From a bacterium (GTDB lineage: Bacteria; Electryoneota; Electryoneia; Electryoneales; Electryoneaceae): a stretch of DNA of 64,000 nucleotides. The notes below the pieces were generated by a model, which saw only the letters and a list, made by a program, of their open reading frames with translations, did not search any database and was not told the DNA's origin. Position numbers and translations under genes: made by a program. Shown here piece after piece: positions 60,001-64,000 of this stretch; positions within the stretch are counted from its first letter, which is position 1, and each line of letters starts with the position of its first letter. The DNA lies in NCBI GenBank assembly GCA_963669175.1, contig OY769902.1:2976001-3040000 (forward strand), written 5' to 3'.

Positions 60001-62770
60001 GATCCTTGGTTCCGACATGGAAAATGTACCGATCTGGGTTTATGCTACGGCATGGGTCGAATCTGATGGTGAAGAGTTTAACTCAGATCCTTCAGACACG
60101 CTGCTGTTAGCATTCAACATGCCGCCGGATGCTCCGGCTGATGTCGTTGTTGAAGGTGTGAACCACATCTTCCGCACTGCGACTGTTTCCTGGGATGCAC
60201 CGACAACCAACGCTGATGGTACTCCGCTGGTAGACCTTGAAGGTTACCGGGTCGATGCGAACTATGAACTGTACGATAGCACGGATGTTGCAGGCATTGA
60301 TGTACAGATGCTGGAATCCGGGTATTATACTTTCGATGTTTACGCCTTCGACGAAGTACCAAATCAGTCCAATGCTGGTTCTTCTCCAAGCACACGGATT
60401 GGTGACCCGCCATTCTGGTCAAGCTTCGAAGATGACAACGACGATCCGAACCCGTTTGAGGGTGACGGCACTGTCTGGGCGCATGGCGAACCGACTGCCG
60501 GTCCGGGTGAAGCCTATGAAGGCGACATGGTCTGGGCGACCTACCTGGATGGCAACTACAACAACAACGAAGATGCATTCCTGACCTGTACACATGGTTG
60601 GGAACCGATTGATCAGGTTGTCCTGTTAGGCTACTACCACTGGACCAACTTTGAAACCGGATGGGATGGTTACAACCTCCAGGTTTCGACTGACAACGGC
60701 GCTTCGTGGGAAGTCGTGACCCCGATTGGTGGGTATAACGATACCTCAGTCAACGGTCTGGACAACGAAGCTGGCTTTACTGGCAGTTCAAACGAATGGC
60801 AGTATATCCAGTACGACCTGTCAGAGTATGCCGATGCGGACTCGATCCATATCCGCTTCCGCTATGGTTCTGACAGTTCCGGTAACAGCTACTATGGTGT
60901 AGCCATTGACAACATGGAGATCTGGGGCGTTCCGAGTGAGGCGCGTTGCAGCATCGAAGGGTATGTCTGGGATGCAGCCGATGACCCGATGAACGGTGTC
61001 ATGGTGTATCTGGAAGAATTCCCGCAGTACTACACCTATACTGGTGAAGATGGATATTACTTCCTCTTCAACGTACCTGCTGACACGATGGAAACCAGTA
61101 CGATTATTGCAGAATATCCGTACTATTGGCCGAGCATGGCTGATACCATCCTGGTTCCCGATGATACCATGACGGTAGACTTCACACAGGGAACCGGTCG
61201 TGCCTTGCTTTATCCTGATGGAAACATCAGCAACTCTTCTGTTGAATTGCTGGTTGACCTGAACGCAGAGGTTGGTGATTCCACAGGCAGTGTGGACATT
61301 GATCTTGAAAGTGATGGTACCGGTCCGCTGCAGTGGTACTCTTATGTCTGGGTCGTTGACAACGCTACCACAAGTGGTGACGTGAAGTTTGACGGCAAGG
61401 CAACAACTGCAGGTCCGGAAAAAGCCCGCAATGGTCGTATGATGCGGAAAACCAGTGATGCACAGCAGTCTGGTCCGACATTGAAGCTGAATGACGACGA
61501 TATGGGTCCGGTCGTTCCGAACGAACTTGACGAGCGTTGGGACTGGCTGATGACTCTCGACGTAGGCTCAGCTACCATGAATGCCGGCTGTGTTGGTCCG
61601 CTGGTTACATCTGAAGGTATCTTCGTCACAGCGGTTTACCTGAACGAAGAATACGGCGACAACTACTTCTACCAGTTCGATTTGAACGGCAACCCGATTG
61701 CCGCGCGTGAATACCCGGCCGACATCATCGGTGAGGGTGGCACAATCGGTCCGGTCGACGTTGCGTGGGATCCTGTTGATCAGTGGGTCTATGGCGCCAA
61801 CGAAAATGGTGATGTCTGGAAGTTCAAGACCGACATGAGCGAGTATGAATGGGTGCATAACCTTGGATTCTGGCCGACCGGTCTTGCTTACGACTTCAAC
61901 GAAAACTACCTGTACGCAATTCAGGGCAATGTCGGCATGGCCGTTGTTGACCTGAGCAACGGCGCACAGGGCGCCTTCGCGCTGGATGAAGAAGTTGGTC
62001 CGTCACTGGGTATTGCTTACAACCCGCTTGATCTGGATGACATGACGATTTACGTACTGTCACAGAACGGTGATGGTGAAGGTGGTTACCTGCATCGTTT
62101 CGACCCAGTCAACCTCGTCTGGGATACCTACTACCAGACCATTTACGAAGCTGACGCCGGTTCCTCTGGTGGTATAGAAATCAGCCTCGGTTACCACAAT
62201 GCCCGCTACGATATGGTCACCCTGCTGCAGTCTGAAACCGATATCGTTGACATCTGGGAAGGCCAGGTTGCCCCGTTGGATTGGCTCTGGATCACCCCGG
62301 ATGAAGGCAGCATCGAGCCGCAGGAGATGGAAACCGTTACTGTGCATGCTGACATCAGCAGCAAGGCAGAATTCCAGGATGTAGAAGTCGGTGATGAAAT
62401 TGCCGCTGAACTGGTATTCTCCGGTCCGTACTGGGCCAACCCGCCTGTTATTGACCTGGCCGTCATCTTCATCGATGGTTTGGCCGAGGATGCCGCTGAG
62501 ATGCCGACCAAGTACGCGTTGCACCAGAACTATCCGAACCCGTTCAACCCGCAGACCCAGATCAAGTTTGACCTGGTCAATCCGCAGAAGGTCAGGTTGA
62601 CGGTGTACAACGTGATGGGTCAGGAAGTAATGCGCCTGGTCGATCAGCCGCTGCAGGCTGGTTTCCACAGCGTAACCTTCGACGCCACCAACCTCGCCAG
62701 CGGTATGTACTTCTACCGCATCGAAGCTGGTAACTTCACTTCCATGAAGAAGATGGTCATGGTGAAGTAA
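54086..62770 (+). CDS. Giant (~2890 aa) secreted multidomain adhesin-like protein with T9SS-type CTD
   Basis: Signal peptide; repeated carboxypeptidase-regulatory-like, FnIII and jelly-roll modules; beta-propeller; QNYPNPFNP...KMVMVK. Confidence 0.88.
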   Translation: MQRYCALFVIVLLLVSAGFVMAQEGTNSNIDDRGEVIPSWVPNLGQPVQSRFSELDEVSIAFVRDAVNGWGNIATILDTMAELTYDVITSADLATADLSEYVAIVVDGNQSGTFYTNINANMDVLEEFVDDGGWLEFHGANNSHNPYWELWDGTTYIYSLNSTTNYIQDDEHPIVEGEANPEGNSCNHGYLTDYPDDANIIVSQDEAGVNATLIEYAYGSGNVVVTTMTYAHMWNNNYAGAYLAGNTLTYVVYHPIWGALMGTVTDTGDDPIDGAEINVYDENDEFVATTTSDENGDYEIIETLFEGTYYVTAFAPGYVLATETDVAIVSEDTTTVDFSLAANEETVTISGTVISADTPDTPIAGITVYIPLLDVSDVTDENGDFDLGTQFTGTYTFVISNDPEGSEVYHTMSFAGVEVDDDAVPLSFSVYEILPPQNLAGASENGSVTLSWDPPANMEQDEMMAAALEQEIGWLAETIELIEARGTQQERAKLPLIEQEMYQKQSILNSIERRREQMENGEELDEITDFLGYRIKMTYPNGLESLLDDYVTATTHTVGNLQNGNLYNFMVAADYGYGEDYLVWSNEINIRPLPTTGYVVSVVDYDWIEINPANGGDGEVAINAGDDSNSGEISFAPLSFEYWGNDYDSFGACTNGWFSFTNFTSGSITVDLPNTALPNAVLQALNGDFHAGVADDDMAIWYLVDDEEDLVVVQYLLRPLGNTEYRYSYQIVLDCANGSIQFNYEEADDWPYYHRGPTGIENVDGTEAYIWDYTLIEDEYSIFFQAPDWDWGSISGMVYDDVTLDPLEGVTVVATDSEDMTWTSETDENGWFTVLVNAEDGPWDLSLNIPGWYESTVTNVTIPVDSFGVQIDDVYMEGVPIGYYDDFEDDQGPWETSLNNIPDDWDWGTPTSGPDEAHSGVNLWAQNLSGNHHGAPSYGATRGDTLWSTQEWYVGSEDAVLTYWHWHDYYISGTTFYNGYNVQISTDGGMNWDIITPIGNYDGSCNYMGETGYPLAEAIFGGTTDGWEQVAFELGDYFGEDIMLMFHAAGYYYTGYQRAGVYIDDVRLHGVPVPSRIEGYVTDSGDESVIAGADVNLWYDGEVVGHGVTDENGFYSINEVVPSLYRQNDYELEAFAAFYMADTLHAYDVTEGDTLVADFELDEETRTSNIFGSVFSEDTPDTPVEGALVTIPQLGLTETTDADGEFDFGAQIIGIYTLVVHFDTPQTFHETHFYNQQITVDNESIDLLIPEIMPPATFSADDSDMAIVLTWTDPANTPEEDLMQLRVDIEAFRASINELRSTGDPRALAKLPEEEQRLFSMENRLARLEQLAELEIDDIEDFQGYRIYLDGEILDTLLYPWIHTYTINGLSNGHEYHVSVAADYGYDEDYLVWATDEEGEITGIRPLPPAGYVFNPMEYEWIELDPDEGGDGEVAHDNGDDANSGEVSFAPLEFDFYGTTYSSFGACTNGWMSFTDFTSGTIGPALPSTSAPNATVIALNGDYHAGVSGDDCNIWYLVDEANDRVVIQFRLRPYGGSHTDYRHNYQVVLDCETNAMHFNYNTSEDWMEYVRQNGVVGVENETGMAASTFNMESIVDEMSLSVRYVEAFGNVIGTITDANEDPIAGAYVFLQEDRSAYGISDENGFYEILLANTENAPYTVVCEADGYVRETVQDVDWENGEFDQEVDFQLDVISDQTPPYFVSWDVDYDDRLSFVLGEPGAYQHMMTMQYDDGTAADAWVIPANGENAMWAVPFEASTEARIVQAEIRVTIPNSAWGNWPDAQSDPVIVKIFADDNGQPGEVLYTSPATVAQHGSVVINPSLEIEGRFWVGFYAQSGLEALCVDTYANNGDLVSMTLDGENWQQFEVNGDPMIRIDLHSASSIEMVDIDDLNLPEATFDKGAAVPVAATHQSPVYGVLAPMYSPKASLREGWNRDLRSELDEFLGFNIYYSTDGEDFELANEDLIEDTEYDLILGSDMENVPIWVYATAWVESDGEEFNSDPSDTLLLAFNMPPDAPADVVVEGVNHIFRTATVSWDAPTTNADGTPLVDLEGYRVDANYELYDSTDVAGIDVQMLESGYYTFDVYAFDEVPNQSNAGSSPSTRIGDPPFWSSFEDDNDDPNPFEGDGTVWAHGEPTAGPGEAYEGDMVWATYLDGNYNNNEDAFLTCTHGWEPIDQVVLLGYYHWTNFETGWDGYNLQVSTDNGASWEVVTPIGGYNDTSVNGLDNEAGFTGSSNEWQYIQYDLSEYADADSIHIRFRYGSDSSGNSYYGVAIDNMEIWGVPSEARCSIEGYVWDAADDPMNGVMVYLEEFPQYYTYTGEDGYYFLFNVPADTMETSTIIAEYPYYWPSMADTILVPDDTMTVDFTQGTGRALLYPDGNISNSSVELLVDLNAEVGDSTGSVDIDLESDGTGPLQWYSYVWVVDNATTSGDVKFDGKATTAGPEKARNGRMMRKTSDAQQSGPTLKLNDDDMGPVVPNELDERWDWLMTLDVGSATMNAGCVGPLVTSEGIFVTAVYLNEEYGDNYFYQFDLNGNPIAAREYPADIIGEGGTIGPVDVAWDPVDQWVYGANENGDVWKFKTDMSEYEWVHNLGFWPTGLAYDFNENYLYAIQGNVGMAVVDLSNGAQGAFALDEEVGPSLGIAYNPLDLDDMTIYVLSQNGDGEGGYLHRFDPVNLVWDTYYQTIYEADAGSSGGIEISLGYHNARYDMVTLLQSETDIVDIWEGQVAPLDWLWITPDEGSIEPQEMETVTVHADISSKAEFQDVEVGDEIAAELVFSGPYWANPPVIDLAVIFIDGLAEDAAEMPTKYALHQNYPNPFNPQTQIKFDLVNPQKVRLTVYNVMGQEVMRLVDQPLQAGFHSVTFDATNLASGMYFYRIEAGNFTSMKKMVMVK

Positions 62771-62816
62771 GTTGAAGGAAAGGGGTGAGTGAACCTCACC
62801 TTTTGATCCGCATTTC

Positions 62817-62854
62817 AAGCCGACGGCGCTTTATTGGGGCCGTCGGCTTTTTTT
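62817..62854 (+). terminator. Intrinsic terminator
   Basis: AAGCCGACGGC / GCCGTCGGCTT plus T-run. Confidence 0.85.
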
Positions 62855-62920
62855 GGATACATAGCTCACTCCCGAACAGATCATGTGATACGGTTCACTG
62901 GTAAGCTGAGAACAAACGAG

Positions 62921-62951
62921 AAAGGGCCGGTACATGTCTTGTACCGGCCCT
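62921..62951 (-). terminator. Terminator downstream of tRNA
   Basis: AGGGCCGGTACA / TGTACCGGCCCT stem. Confidence 0.7.
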
Positions 62952-62958
62952 GCAACTG

Positions 62959-63031
<73 letters not shown>

Positions 63032-63325
63032 TTCGGCCACAAAAAGTATACTCGCGGAAGCCGCGAGCGACACCAAATATACCGTAAAAGGTTGGAGAAT
63101 GCAAAGGGAAGAATAGGGGGGAAGAGAAAGGACAGGAGATGTGAATAGAAGCCCACAAACCCAGGCGCTTTCTTAAAACGTATAAAGTGTCACAGGTATA
63201 AAAAGACAAAAAATCCGTGGTAACGGAGCTAGGGAGTACACAAAAGAAAATTGTTGCCCAATTCTTTCAGGAACAAGTACATTGTTCGCAGACAAAACAG
63301 AACCCCACAACATGGCACAGGCAGG

Positions 63326-63721
63326 ATGGCAAGAAAAATTCAGTTCGAGGTGCAGGTAAACACAACGGCAAACCGCCTTATGATAGCCATCCATGATAGT
63401 TTTGAACGTCTGGATACCGCATCAATGGAGCGGCAAATCAGGCTGGCACTAAAGAGACTCTCGCCCGGTTTTACTGTATTAACAGTCATTGGCAATATCA
63501 AACCTGTCAATCCTGATGTACAGGTTAAGGTTCTTGAGCTAATGAAACTTGTAAACATGGGCACACCTTCAAAGCGCGCACGTGTTGTATCACCATTAAT
63601 CAATATCCAGATGAACCGGATTCTTGCTATCTTGGGGGAAGAATCAAGGAATTTTACAAACGTGGAAGATGCAATCGCATATCTTGATGAGAAGAATGAA
63701 GCCGACGACGACGACGATTAA
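63326..63721 (+). CDS. Hypothetical protein, possibly STAS/SpoIIAA-like
   Basis: LSPGFTVLT...ARVV...FTNVEDAIAYLD pattern; start uncertain. Confidence 0.55.
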   Translation: MARKIQFEVQVNTTANRLMIAIHDSFERLDTASMERQIRLALKRLSPGFTVLTVIGNIKPVNPDVQVKVLELMKLVNMGTPSKRARVVSPLINIQMNRILAILGEESRNFTNVEDAIAYLDEKNEADDDDD

Positions 63722-63776
63722 TAGCCTGCTACTTCCGGTGTAATGTTACAACTCTGCCGCGTCGGCGAAGAATACC

Positions 63777-64000
63777 TTACCAGGAAAGGATAAGCACCAC
63801 ATTCCCACCGCCGAAACTGCTGTTCCAGCTTCTATCCAGGTTCTGCATTACCCTGAAACGCAATTCACCTTCCGGGATTGGCCAGCGATAATCGAAGTGT
63901 GAGAATGTTCCGCCTCGGAATTTCAGCCCGGTTGCGAGTCCGAACCGGATATTCAGGTCACTCTGCCGTTTATTGCCTTCCAGTGCGCCATTCTGTTCGA
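63777..64000 (-). CDS. Partial CDS, C-terminus of a probable outer-membrane protein
   Basis: Open frame from the window edge ending ...FGGGNVVLILSW*. Confidence 0.5.
   Translation of the reverse strand, partial: EQNGALEGNKRQSDLNIRFGLATGLKFRGGTFSHFDYRWPIPEGELRFRVMQNLDRSWNSSFGGGNVVLILSW

Overview
Bacterial chromosomal window (about 50% GC, clear Shine-Dalgarno sites). Four genes encode type IX/Por-secretion C-terminal domains (YPNPFN motif), and a flagellin is present. This points by inference to a non-Bacteroidota FCB-superphylum organism. Housekeeping content: 2-oxoacid dehydrogenase operon with lipoate ligase, rubredoxin, argF, AmmeMemo B, sulfotransferase, YyaL-like protein, TonB receptor/DUF4249/porin, TetR-RND efflux locus, ECF sigma triad, flagellin and tRNA-Thr(CGT). 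Most interesting observations: (1) an Omp85-like barrel, a lipoprotein with HipA/PI3K-like kinase motifs, a lipoprotein metallophosphoesterase and an NTT-type nucleotide translocase form a co-oriented cluster, a candidate extracytoplasmic ATP-fed phosphorylation system. (2) An ELDE motif recurs at domain junctions of two giant secreted proteins, including positions matching gingipain propeptide cleavage sites, suggesting Asp-specific processing. (3) A 221-bp IS110 left-end fragment is inserted precisely into a REP cassette whose empty copy is also in the window. (4) A low-GC secreted-protein gene is flanked by a 255-bp duplication of a host gene 3' end. (5) Several REP/MITE-like families and tandem arrays occupy intergenic regions. 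All calls come from reading motifs by eye; no database searches were run.
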